The notes under the pieces are model-generated. The model ran no database searches. It was not told the DNA's origin and saw nothing but the letters and a program-made list of their open reading frames with translations. Shown here piece by piece: positions 1 through 12,000 of a stretch of DNA of 64,000 bases. Each line of letters begins with the position of its first letter. Position 1 is the stretch's first letter. The translations under genes were made by a program, and so were the position numbers. Source of the stretch: Eledone cirrhosa (taxonomy: Eukaryota); contig OZ024759.1 of the NCBI GenBank assembly GCA_964016885.1, positions 2,604,001 through 2,668,000 of the forward strand, written 5' to 3'.

Positions 1-3000
1 TTCTACCTCCTCACTATTTGAGGTAACAAAGAAGTTAAAGTTCTGTTTCACCCATGTTTCAACCTCCTCATTATTTGAGGTAACAAAGAGGATAAAGTTC
101 TGTTTCACCCATGTTTCTCCCTCCTCACTATTAGAGGTAACAAAGAGGTTAAAGTTCTGTTTCACCGATGGTTCTACCTCCTCACTAGTTGAGGTAACAA
201 AGAGGTTAGAGTTCTGTTTCAGCCCTGTTTCTACCTCCTCACTATTTGAGGTAACAAAGAAATTAAAGTTCAGTTTCACCCATGTTTCTCCCTCCTCACT
301 AGTTGAGGTAACAAAGATGTTAGAGTTCTGTTTCACCCATGTTTCTACATCCTTATAAGTTGAGGTAACAAAGAGGTTAAAGTTCTGTTTCACCCATGTT
401 TCTACCTCCTCACTAGTTGAGGTAACAAAGAGGTTAAAGTTCTGTTTAACCCATGTTTCTAGCTTCCTCACTAGTTGAGGTAACAAAGAGGTTAAAGTTC
501 TGTTTCACCCATGTTTCTACCCCCTCAATAGTTGAGGTAACAAAGAGGTTAAAGTTCTGTTTCACCCATGTTACTACCTCCTCACTAGTTGAGGTAACAA
601 AGAGGTTAAAGTCCTGTTTCACCCATGTTTCTACCTCCTCACTAGTTGAGATTACAAAGAGGATAAAGTTCTGTTTCATCCATGTTTCTACCTCCTTACT
701 AGTTGAGGTAACAAAGAGGTTAAAGTTCTGTTTCACCCATGTTTATACCTCCTCACTGGTTGAGGTAACAAAGAGGTTAAACTTCTGTTTAACCCACGTT
801 TCTACCTTCCTCACTAGTTGAGGTAACAAAGAGGTTAAAGTTCTGTTTCACCCATGTTTCTTACTCCTCACTAGTTGAGGTAACAAAGAGGTTAAAGTTC
901 TGTTTCACTCATATTTCTACCTCCTCACTAGTTGAGGTAACAAAGAGGTTAAAGTTCTGTTTCACCCATGTTCCTCCCTCCTCTCTAGTTGAGGTAACAA
1001 AGAGGTTAAAGTTCTGTTTCACCCATGTTTCTACCTCCTCACTATTTGAGGTAACAAAGAGGTTAAAGTTCTGTTTCACCCATGTTTCTCCCTCCTCGCT
1101 AGTTGAGGTAACAAAGAGGTTAAAGTTCTGTTTCACCCATCTTTCTCCCCCCTCACTAGTTGAGGTAACAAAGAGGTTATAGTTCTGTTCCACCCATGTT
1201 TCTCCCCCCTCACTAGTTGAGGTAACAAAGAGGTTAAAGTTCAGTTTCACCCATGTTTCTCCCCCCTCACTAGTTGAGGTAACAAAGAGGTTAAAGTTCT
1301 GTTTCACCCATGTTTCTCCATCCTCACTAGTTGAGGTAAGAAAGAGGTTAAAGTTCTGTTTCACCCATGTTCCTCCCTCCTCTCTAGTTGAGGTAACAAA
1401 GAGATTAAAGTTCAGTTTCACCCATGTTTCTCCCTCCTCACTAGTTAAGGTAACAAAGAGGTTAAAGTTCTGTTTCACCCATGTTTCTACCTCCTCACTA
1501 GTTGAGGTAACAAAGAGGTTAAAGTTCTGTTTCACCCATATTTCTACCTCCTCACTAGTTGAGGTAACAAAGAGGTTAAAGTTCTGTTTCACCCATGTTC
1601 TTCCCTCCTCTCTAGTTGAGGTAACAAAGAGGTTAAAGTTCTGTTTCACCCATGTTTGTCCCTCCTCACTAGTTGAGGTAACAAAGAGGTTAAAGTTCTG
1701 TTTCACCCATGTTTCTACCTCCTCACTATTTGAGGTAACAAAGAGGTTAAAGTTCTGTTTCACCCATGTTTCTCCCACCTCGCTAGTTGAGGTAACAAAG
1801 AGGTTAAAGTTCTGTTTCACCCATCTTTCTCCCCCCTCACTAGGTGAGGTAACAAAGAGGTTATAGTTCTGTTCCACCCATGTTTCTCCCCCCTCACTAG
1901 TTGAGGTAACAAAGATGTTAAAGTTCAGTTTCACCCATGTTTCTCCCTCCTCACTATTAGAGGTAACAAAGAGGTTAAAGTTCTGTTTCACCCATGTTTC
2001 TACCTCCTCACTAGTTGAGGTAACAAAGAGGTTTGAGTTCTCTTTCACCCCTGTTTCTACCTCCTCACTATTTGAGGTAACAATGAAGTTAAAGTTCAGT
2101 TTCACCCATGTTTCTCCCTCCTCACTAGTTGAGGTAACAAAGAGGTTAGAGTTCTGTTTCACCCATGTTTCTACATCCTTATAAGTTGAGGTAACAAAGA
2201 GGTTAAAGTTCTGTTTCACCCATGTTTCTACCTCCTCACTAGTTGAGGTAACATAGAGGTTAAAGTTCTGTTTCACCCATGTTTCTACCTCCTCAATAGT
2301 AGAGGTAACAAAGAGGTTAAAGTTCTGTTTCACCCATGTTTCTACCTCCTCACTAGTTGAGGTAACAAAGAGGTTAAAGTCCTGTTTCACCCATGTTTCT
2401 ACCTCCTCAATAGTTGAGATAACAAAGAGGTTATAGTTCTGTTTCACCCATGTTTCTACCTCCTCACTATTTGAGGTAACAAAGAGGTTAAAGTTCTGTT
2501 TCACCCATGTTTCTCCCTCCTCGCTAGTTGAGGTAACAAAGAGGTTAAAGTTCTGTTTCACCCATCTTTCTCCCCCCTCACTAGTTGAGGTAACAAAGAG
2601 GTTATAGTTCTGTTCCACCCATGTTTCTCCCCCCTCACTAGTTGAGGTAACAAAGAGGTTAAAGTTCAGTTCACCCATGTTTCTCCCTCCTCACTATTAG
2701 AGGTAACAAAGAGGTTAAAGTTCTGTTTCACCCATGTTTCTACCTCCTCACTAGTTGAGGTAACAAAGAGGTTAGAGTTCTCTTTCACCCCTGTTTCCAC
2801 CTCCTCACTATTTGAGGTAACAAAGAAGTTAAAGTTCAGTTTCACCCATGTTTCTCCCTCCTCACTATTTGAGGTAACAAAGAGGTTAAAGTTCTGTTTC
2901 ACCCATGTTTCTACATCCTCACTAGTTGAGGTAACAAAGAGGTTAAAGTTCTGTTTCACCCATGTTTCTCCATACTCACTAGTTGAGGTAACAAAGAGGG

Positions 3001-6000
3001 TAAAGTTCTATTTCACCCATGTTTCTCCTTCCTTACTATTTGAGGTAACAAAGAGGTTAAAGTTCTGTTTCACCCATGTATCTCCCTCTTTATTAGTTGA
3101 GGTAACACAGAGGTTAAAGTTCTGTTTCACCCATGTTTCTCCCTCCTCACTAGTTGAGGTAACAAAGACGTTAAAGTTCTGTTTCAGCCATGTTTCTACC
3201 TCCTCACTAGTTGAGGTAACAAATAGGTTAAAGTTCTGTTTCACCCATGTTTCTTCCTCCTCATTAGTTGAGGTAACAAAGAGGTTAAAGTTCTGTTTCA
3301 ACCATGTTTCTACCTCCTCACTAGTTGAGGTAACAAAGAGGTTAAAGTTCTGTTTCACCCATGTTTCTCCTCCTCACTAGTTGAGGTAACAAAGAGGTTA
3401 AAGTTCTGTTTCACCCATGTTTCTCCTTCCTTACTAGTTGAGGTAACAAAGAGGTTAAAGTTCTGTTTCACCCAAGTTTCTACCTTCCTCACTAGTTGAG
3501 GTAACAAAGAGGTTAGAGTTCTGTTTCACCCATATTTCTACCTCCTCACTATTTGAGGTAACAAAGAAGTTAAAGTTCTGTTTCACCCATGTTTCAACCT
3601 CCTCATTATTTGAGGTAACAAAGAGGATAAAGTTCTGTTTCACCCATGTTTCTCCCTCCTCACTATTAGAGGTAACAAAGAGGTTAAAGTTCTGTTTAAC
3701 CCATGTTTCTAGCTTCCTCACTAGCTGAGGTAACAAAGAGGTTAAAGTTCTGTTTCACCCATGTTTCTACCCCCTCAATAGTTGAGGTAACAAAGAGGTT
3801 AAAGTTCTGTTTCACCCATGTTACTACCTCCTCACTAGTTGAGGTAACAAAGAGGTTAAAGTCCTGTTTCACCCATGTTTCTACCTCCTCACTAGTTGAG
3901 ATTACAAAGAGGTTAAAGTTCTGTTTCATCCATGTTTCTACCTCCTTACTAGTTGAGGTAACAAAGAGGTTAAAGTTCTGTTTCACCCATGTTTATACCT
4001 CCTCACTGGTTGAGGTAACAAAGAGGTTAAACTTCTGTTTAACCCACGTTTCTACCTTCCTCACTAGTTGAGGTAACAAAGAGGTTAAAGTTCTGTTTCA
4101 CCCATGTTTCTTACTCCTCACTAGTTGAGGTAACAAAGAGGTTAAAGTTCTGTTTCACTCATATTTCTACCTCCTCACTAGTTGAGGTAACAAAGAGGTT
4201 AAAGTTCTGTTTCACCCATGTTCCTCCCTCCTCGCTAGTTGAGGTAACAAAGAGGTTAAAGTTCTGTTTCACCCATCTTTCTCCCTCCTCATTAGTTGAG
4301 GTAACAAAGAGGTTAAAGTTCTGTTTCACCCATGTTTCTACCTCCTCACTAGTTGAGGTACCAAAGAGGTTAGAGTTCTGTTTCACCCATGTTTCTACAT
4401 CCTTATAAGTTGAGGTAACAAGAGGTTAAAGTTCTGTTTCACCCATGTTTCTACCTCCTCACTAGTTGCGGTAACAAAGAGGTTAAAGTTCTGTTTAACC
4501 CATGTTTCTACCTTCCTCACTAGTTGAGGTAACAAAGAGGTTAAAGTTCTGTTTCACCCATGATTCTACCTCCTCAATAGTTGAGGTAACAAAGAGGTTA
4601 AAGTTCTGTTTCACCCATGTTACTACCTCCTCACTAGTTGAGGTAACAAAGAGGTTAAAGTCCTGTTTCACCCATGTTTCTACCTCCTCAATAGTTGAGA
4701 TTACAAAGAGGTTAAAGTTCTGTTTCATCCATGTTTCTACCTCCTCACTAGTTGAGGTAACAAAGAGGTTAAAGTTCTGTTTCACCCATGTTTCTACCTC
4801 CTCACTAGTTGAAGTAACAAAGAGGTTAAACTTCTGTTTAACCCACGTTTCTACCTTCCTCACTAGTTGAGGTAACAAAGAGGTTAAAGTTCTGTTTCAG
4901 CCATGTTTCTACCTCCTCAATAGTTGAGGTAACAAAGAGGTTAAAGTTCTGTTTCACCCATGTTTCTACCTCCTCACTAGTTGAGGTAACAAAGAGGTTA
5001 AAGTTCTGTTTCACCCATATTTCTATCTCCTCACTAGTTGAGGTAACAAAGAGGTTAAAGTTCTGTTTCACCCATGTTCCTCCCTCCTCTCTAGTTGAGG
5101 TAACAAAGAGGTTAAAGTTCTGTTTCACCCATGTTTCTCCCTCCTCACTAGTTGAGGTAACAAAGAGGTTAAAGTTCTGTTTCACCCATGTTTCTACCTC
5201 CTCACTAGTTGAGGTAACAAAGAGGTTAGAATTCTGTTTAACCCACGTTTCTACCTTCCTCACTAGTTGAGGTAACAAAGAGGTTAAAGTTCTGTTTCAG
5301 CCATGTTTCTACCTCCTCAATAGTTGAGGTAACAAAGAGGTTAAAGTTCTGTTTCACCCATGTTTCTACCTCCTCACTAGTTGAGGTAACAAAGAGGTTA
5401 AAGTTCTGTTTCACCCATATTTCTACCTCCTCACTAGTTGAGGTAACAAAGAGGTTAAAGTTCTGTTTCACCCATGTTCCTCCCTCCTCTCTAGTTGAGG
5501 TAACAAAGAGGTTAAAGGTCTGTTTCACCCATGTTTCTCCCTCCTCACTAGTTGAGGTAACAAAGAGGTTAAAGTTCTGTTTCACCCATGTTTCTACCTC
5601 CTCACTATTTGAGGTAACAAAGAGGTTAAAGTTCTGTTTCACCCATGTTTCTCCCTCCTCGCTAGTTGAGGTAACAAAGAGGTTAAAGTTCTGTTTCACC
5701 CATCTTTCTCCCCCCTCACTAGTTGAGGTAACAAAGAGGTTATAGTTCTGTTCCACCCATGTTTCTCCCCCCTCACTAGTTGAGGTAACAAAGAGGTTAA
5801 AGTTCAGTTCACCCATGTTTCTCCCTCCTCACTATTAGAGGTAACAAAGAGGTTAAAGTTCTGTTTCACCCATGTTTCTACCTCCTCACTAGTTGAGGTA
5901 ACAAAGAGGTTAGAGTTCTCTTTCACCCCTGTTTCCACCTCCTCACTATTTGAGGTAACAAAGAAGTTAAAGTTCAGTTTCACCCATGTTTCTCCCTCCT

Positions 6001-9000
6001 CACTAGTTGAGGTAACAAAGAGGTTAAAGTTCTGTTTCACCCATGTTTCTACCTCCTCACTAGTTGAGGTAACAAAGAGGTTAAAGTTCTGTTTCACCCA
6101 TGTTTCTACCTCCTCAATAGTTGAGGTAACAAAGAGGTTAAAGTTCTGTTTCACCCATATTTCTACCTCCTCACTAGTTGAGGTAACAAAGAGGTTAAAG
6201 TCATGTTTCACCCATGTTTCTACCTCCTCAATAGTTGAGATTACAAAGAGGTTAAAGTTCTGTTTCACCCATGTTTCTCCATCCTCACTAGTTGAGGTAA
6301 CAAAGAGGTTAAAGTTCTGTTTCACCCATGTTTCTCCATACTCACTAGTTGAGGTAACAAAGAGGGTAAAGTTCTATTTCACCCATGTTTCTCCTTCCTT
6401 ACTATTTGAGGTAACAAAGAGGTTAAAGTTCTGTTTCACCCATGTATCTCCCTCTTTATTAGTTGAGGTAACACAGAGGTTAAAGTTCTGTTTCACCCAT
6501 GTTTCTCCCTCCTCACTAGTTGAGGTAACAAAGACGTTAAAGTTCTGTTTCAGCCATGTTTCTACCTCCTCACTAGTTGAGGTAACAAATAGGTTAAAGT
6601 TCTGTTTCACCCATGTTTCTTCCTCCTCATTAGTTGAGGTAACAAAGAGGTTAAAGTTCTGTTTAAACCATGTTTCTACCTCCTCACTAGTTGAGGTAAC
6701 AAAGAGGTTAAAGTTCTGTTTCACCCATGTTTCTCCTCCTCACTAGTTGAGGTAACAAAGAGGTTAAAGTTCTGTTTCACCCATATTTCTACCTCCTCAC
6801 TATTTGAGGTAACAAAGAAGTTAAAGTTCTGTTTCACCCATGTTTCAACCTCCTCATTATTTGAGGTAACAAAGAGGATAAAGTTCTGTTTCACCCATGT
6901 TTCTCCCTCCTCACTATTAGAGGTAACAAAGAGGTTAAAGTTCTGTTTCACCGATGGTTCTACCTCCTCACTAGTTGAGGTAACAAAGAGGTTAGAGTTC
7001 TGTTTCAGCCCTGTTTCTACCTCCTCACTATTTGAGGTAACAAAGAAATTAAAGTTCAGTTTCACCCATGTTTCTCCCTCCTCACTAGTTGAGGTAACAA
7101 AGATGTTAGAGTTCTGTTTCACCCATGTTTCTACATCCTTATAAGTTGAGGTAACAAAGAGGTTAAAGTTCTGTTTCACCCATGTTTCTACCTCCTCACT
7201 AGTTGAGGTAACAAAGAGGTTAAAGTTCTGTTTAACCCATGTTTCTAGCTTCCTCACTAGTTGAGGTAACAAAGAGGTTAAAGTTCTGTTTCACCCATGT
7301 TTCTACCCCCTCAATAGTTGAGGTAACAAAGAGGTTAAAGTTCTGTTTCACCCATGTTACTACCTCCTCACTAGTTGAGGTAACAAAGAGGTTAAAGTCC
7401 TGTTTCACCCATGTTTCTACCTCCTCACTAGTTGAGATTACAAAGAGGATAAAGTTCTGTTTCATCCATGTTTCTACCTCCTTACTAGTTGAGGTAACAA
7501 AGAGGTTAAAGTTCTGTTTCACCCATGTTTATACCTCCTCACTGGTTGAGGTAACAAAGAGGTTAAACTTCTGTTTAACCCACGTTTCTACCTTCCTCAC
7601 TAGTTGAGGTAACAAAGAGGTTAAAGTTCTGTTTCACCCATGTTTCTTACTCCTCACTAGTTGAGGTAACAAAGAGGTTAAAGTTCTGTTTCACTCATAT
7701 TTCTACCTCCTCACTAGTTGAGGTAACAAAGAGGTTAAAGTTCTGTTTCACCCATGTTCCTCCCTCCTCTCTAGTTGAGGTAACAAAGAGGTTAAAGTTC
7801 TGTTTCACCCATGTTTCTACCTCCTCACTATTTGAGGTAACAAAGAGGTTAAAGTTCTGTTTCACCCATGTTTCTCCCTCCTCGCTAGTTGAGGTAACAA
7901 AGAGGTTAAAGTTCTGTTTCACCCATCTTTCTCCCCCCTCACTAGTTGAGGTAACAAAGAGGTTATAGTTCTGTTCCACCCATGTTTCTCCCCCCTCACT
8001 AGTTGAGGTAACAAAGAGGTTAAAGTTCAGTTTCACCCATGTTTCTCCCCCCTCACTAGTTGAGGTAACAAAGAGGTTAAAGTTCTGTTTCACCCATGTT
8101 TCTCCATCCTCACTAGTTGAGGTAACAAAGAGGTTAAAGTTCTGTTTCACCCATGTTCCTCCCTCCTCTCTAGTTGAGGTAACAAAGAGATTAAAGTTCA
8201 GTTTCACCCATGTTTCTCCCTCCTCACTAGTTAAGGTAACAAAGAGGTTAAAGTTCTGTTTCACCCATGTTTCTACCTCCTCACTAGTTGAGGTATCAAA
8301 GAGGTTAAAGTTCTGTTTCACCCATATTTCTACCTCCTCACTAGTTGAGGTAACAAAGAGGTTAAAGTTCTGTTTCACCCATGTTCTTCCCTCCTCTCTA
8401 GTTGAGGTAACAAAGAGGTTAAAGTTCTGTTTCACCCATGTTTGTCCCTCCTCACTAGTTGAGGTAACAAAGAGGTTAAAGTTCTGTTTCACCCATGTTT
8501 CTACCTCCTCACTATTTGAGGTAACAAAGAGGTTAAAGTTCTGTTTCACCCATGTTTCTCCCTCCTCGCTAGTTGAGGTAACAAAGAGGTTAAAGTTCTG
8601 TTTCACCCATCTTTCTCCCCCCTCACTAGTTGAGGTAACAAAGAGGTTATAGTTCTGTTCCACCCATGTTTCTCCCCCCTCACTAGTTGAGGTAACAAAG
8701 ATGTTAAAGTTCAGTTTCACCCATGTTTCTCCCTCCTCACTATTAGAGGTAACAAAGAGGTTAAAGTTCTGTTTCACCCATGTTTCTACCTCCTCACTAG
8801 TTGAGGTAACAAAGAGGTTTGAGTTCTCTTTCACCCCTGTTTCTACCTCCTCACTATTTGAGGTAACAATGAAGTTAAAGTTCAGTTTCACCCATGTTTC
8901 TCCCTCCTCACTAGTTGAGGTAACAAAGAGGTTAGAGTTCTGTTTCACCCATGTTTCTACATCCTTATAAGTTGAGGTAACAAAGAGGTTAAAGTTCTGT

Positions 9001-12000
9001 TTCACCCATGTTTCTACCTCCTCACTAGTTGAGGTAACAAAGAGGTTAAAGTTCTGTTTCACCCATGTTTCTACCTCCTCAATAGTTGAGGTAACAAAGA
9101 GGTTAAAGTTCTGTTTCACCCATGTTTCTACCTCCTCACTAGTTGAGGTAACAAAGAGGTTAAAGTCCTGTTTCACCCATGTTTCTACCTCCTCAATAGT
9201 TGAGATAACAAAGAGGTTAAAGTTCTGTTTCACCCATGTTTCTCCCTCCTCACTAGTTTAGGTAACAAAGAGGTTAAAGTTCTGTTTCACCCATGTTTCT
9301 ACCTCCTCACTATTTGAGGTAACAAAGAGGTTAAAGTTCTGTTTCACCCATGTTTCTCCTTCCTCGCTAGTTGAGGTAACAAAGAGGTTAAAGTTCTGTT
9401 TCACCCATGTTTCTACCTCCTCAATAGTTGAGGTAACAAAGAGGTTAAAGTTCTGTTTCACCCATGTTTCTACCTCCTCACTAGTTGAGGTAACAAAGAG
9501 GTTAAAGTCCTGTTTCACCCATGTTTCTACCTCCTCAATAGTTGAGATAACAAAGAGGTTAAAGTTCTGTTTCACCCATGTTTCTCCCTCCTCACTAGTT
9601 GAGGTAACAAAGAGGTTAAAGTTCTGTTTCACCCATGTTTCTACCTCCTCACTATTTGAGGTAACAAAGAGGTTAAAGTTCTGTTTCACCCATGTTTCTC
9701 CTTCCTCGCTAGTTGAGGTAACAAAGAGGTTAAAGTTCTGTTTCACCCATCTTTCTCCCCCCTCACTAGTTGAGGTAACAAAGAGGTTATAGTTCTGTTC
9801 CACCCATGTTTCTCCCCCCTCACTAGTTGAGGTAACAAAGAGGTTAAAGTTCAGTTCACCCATGTTTCTCCCTCCTCACTATTAGAGGTAACAAAGAGGT
9901 TAAAGTTCAGTTTCACCCATGTTTCTCCCTCCTCACTAGTTGAGGTAACAAAGAGGTTAAAGTTCTGTTTCACCCATGTTTCTACCTCCTCACTAGTTGA
10001 GGTAACAAAGAGGTTAAAGTTCTGTTTCACCCATGTTTCTACCTCCTCAATAGTTGAGGTAACAAAGAGGTTAAAGTTCTGTTTCACCCATATTTCTACC
10101 TCCTCACTAGTTGAGGTAACAAAGAGGTTAAAGTCCTGTTTCACCCATGTTTCTACCTCCTCAATAGTTGAGATTACAAAGAGGTTAAAGTTCTGTTTCA
10201 CCCATGTTTCTCCATCCTCACTAGTTGAGGTAACAAAGAGGTTAAAGTTCTGTTTCACCCATGTTTCTCCATACTCACTAGTTGAGGTAACAAAGAGGGT
10301 AAAGTTCTATTTCACCCATGTTTCTCCTTCCTTACTATTTGAGGTAACAAAGAGGTTAAAGTTCTGTTTCACCCATGTATCTCCCTCTTTATTAGTTGAG
10401 GTAACACAGAGGTTAAAGTTCTGTTTCACCCATGTTTCTCCCTCCTCACTAGTTGAGGTAACAAAGACGTTAAAGTTCTGTTTCAGCCATGTTTCTACCT
10501 CCTCACTAGTTGAGGTAACAAATAGGTTAAAGTTCTGTTTCAACCATGTTTCTACCTCCTCACTAGTTGAGGTAACAAAGAGGTTAAAGTTCTGTTTCAC
10601 CCATGTTTCTCCTCCTCACTAGTTGAGGTAACAAAGAGGTTAAAGTTCTGTTTCACCCATGTTTCTCCTTCCTTACTAGTTGAGGTAACAAAGAGGTTAA
10701 AGTTCTGTTTCACCCAAGTTTCTACCTTCCTCACTAGTTGAGGTAACAAAGAGGTTAGAGTTCTGTTTCACCCATATTTCTACCTCCTCACTATTTGAGG
10801 TAACAAAGAAGTTAAAGTTCTGTTTCACCCATGTTTCAACCTCCTCATTATTTGAGGTAACAAAGAGGATAAAGTTCTGTTTCACCCATGTTTCTCCCTC
10901 CTCACTATTAGAGGTAACAAAGAGGTTAAAGTTCTGTTTCACCGATGGTTCTACCTCCTCACTAGTTGAGGTAACAAAGAGGTTAGAGTTCTGTTTCAGC
11001 CCTGTTTCTACCTCCTCACTATTTGAGGTAACAAAGAAATTAAAGTTCAGTTTCACCCATGTTTCTCCCTCCTCACTAGTTGAGGTAACAAAGATGTTAG
11101 AGTTCTGTTTCACCCATGTTTCTACATCCTTATAAGTTGAGGTAACAAAGAGGTTAAAGTTCTGTTTCACCCATGTTTCTACCTCCTCACTAGTTGAGGT
11201 AACAAAGAGGTTAAAGTTCTGTTTAACCCATGTTTCTAGCTTCCTCACTAGTTGAGGTAACAAAGAGGTTAAAGTTCTGTTTCACCCATGTTTCTACCCC
11301 CTCAATAGTTGAGGTAACAAAGAGGTTAAAGTTCTGTTTCACCCATGTTACTACCTCCTCACTAGTTGAGGTAACAAAGAGGTTAAAGTCCTGTTTCACC
11401 CATGTTTCTACCTCCTCACTAGTTGAGATTACAAAGAGGATAAAGTTCTGTTTAACCCACGTTTCTACCTTCCTCACTAGTTGAGGTAACAAAGAGGTTA
11501 AAGTTCTGTTTCACCCATGTTTCTTACTCCTCACTAGTTGAGGTAACAAAGAGGTTAAAGTTCTGTTTCACTCATATTTCTACCTCCTCACTAGTTGAGG
11601 TAAAAAAGAGGTTAAAGTTCTGTTTCACCCATGTTCCTCCCTCCTCTCTAGTTGAGGTAACAAAGAGGTTAAAGTTCTGTTTCACCCATGTTTCTACCTC
11701 CTCACTATTTGAGGTAACAAAGAGGTTAAAGTTCTGTTTCACCCATGTTTCTCCCTCCTCGCTAGTTGAGGTAACAAAGAGGTTAAAGTTCTGTTTCACC
11801 CATCTTTCTCCCCCCTCACTAGTTGAGGTAACAAAGAGGTTATAGTTCTGTTCCACCCATGTTTCTCCCCCCTCACTAGTTGAGGTAACAAAGAGGTTAA
11901 AGTTCAGTTTCACCCATGTTTCTCCCCCCTCACTAGTTGAGGTAACAAAGAGGTTAAAGTTCTGTTTCACCCATGTTTCTCCATCCTCACTAGTTGAGGT

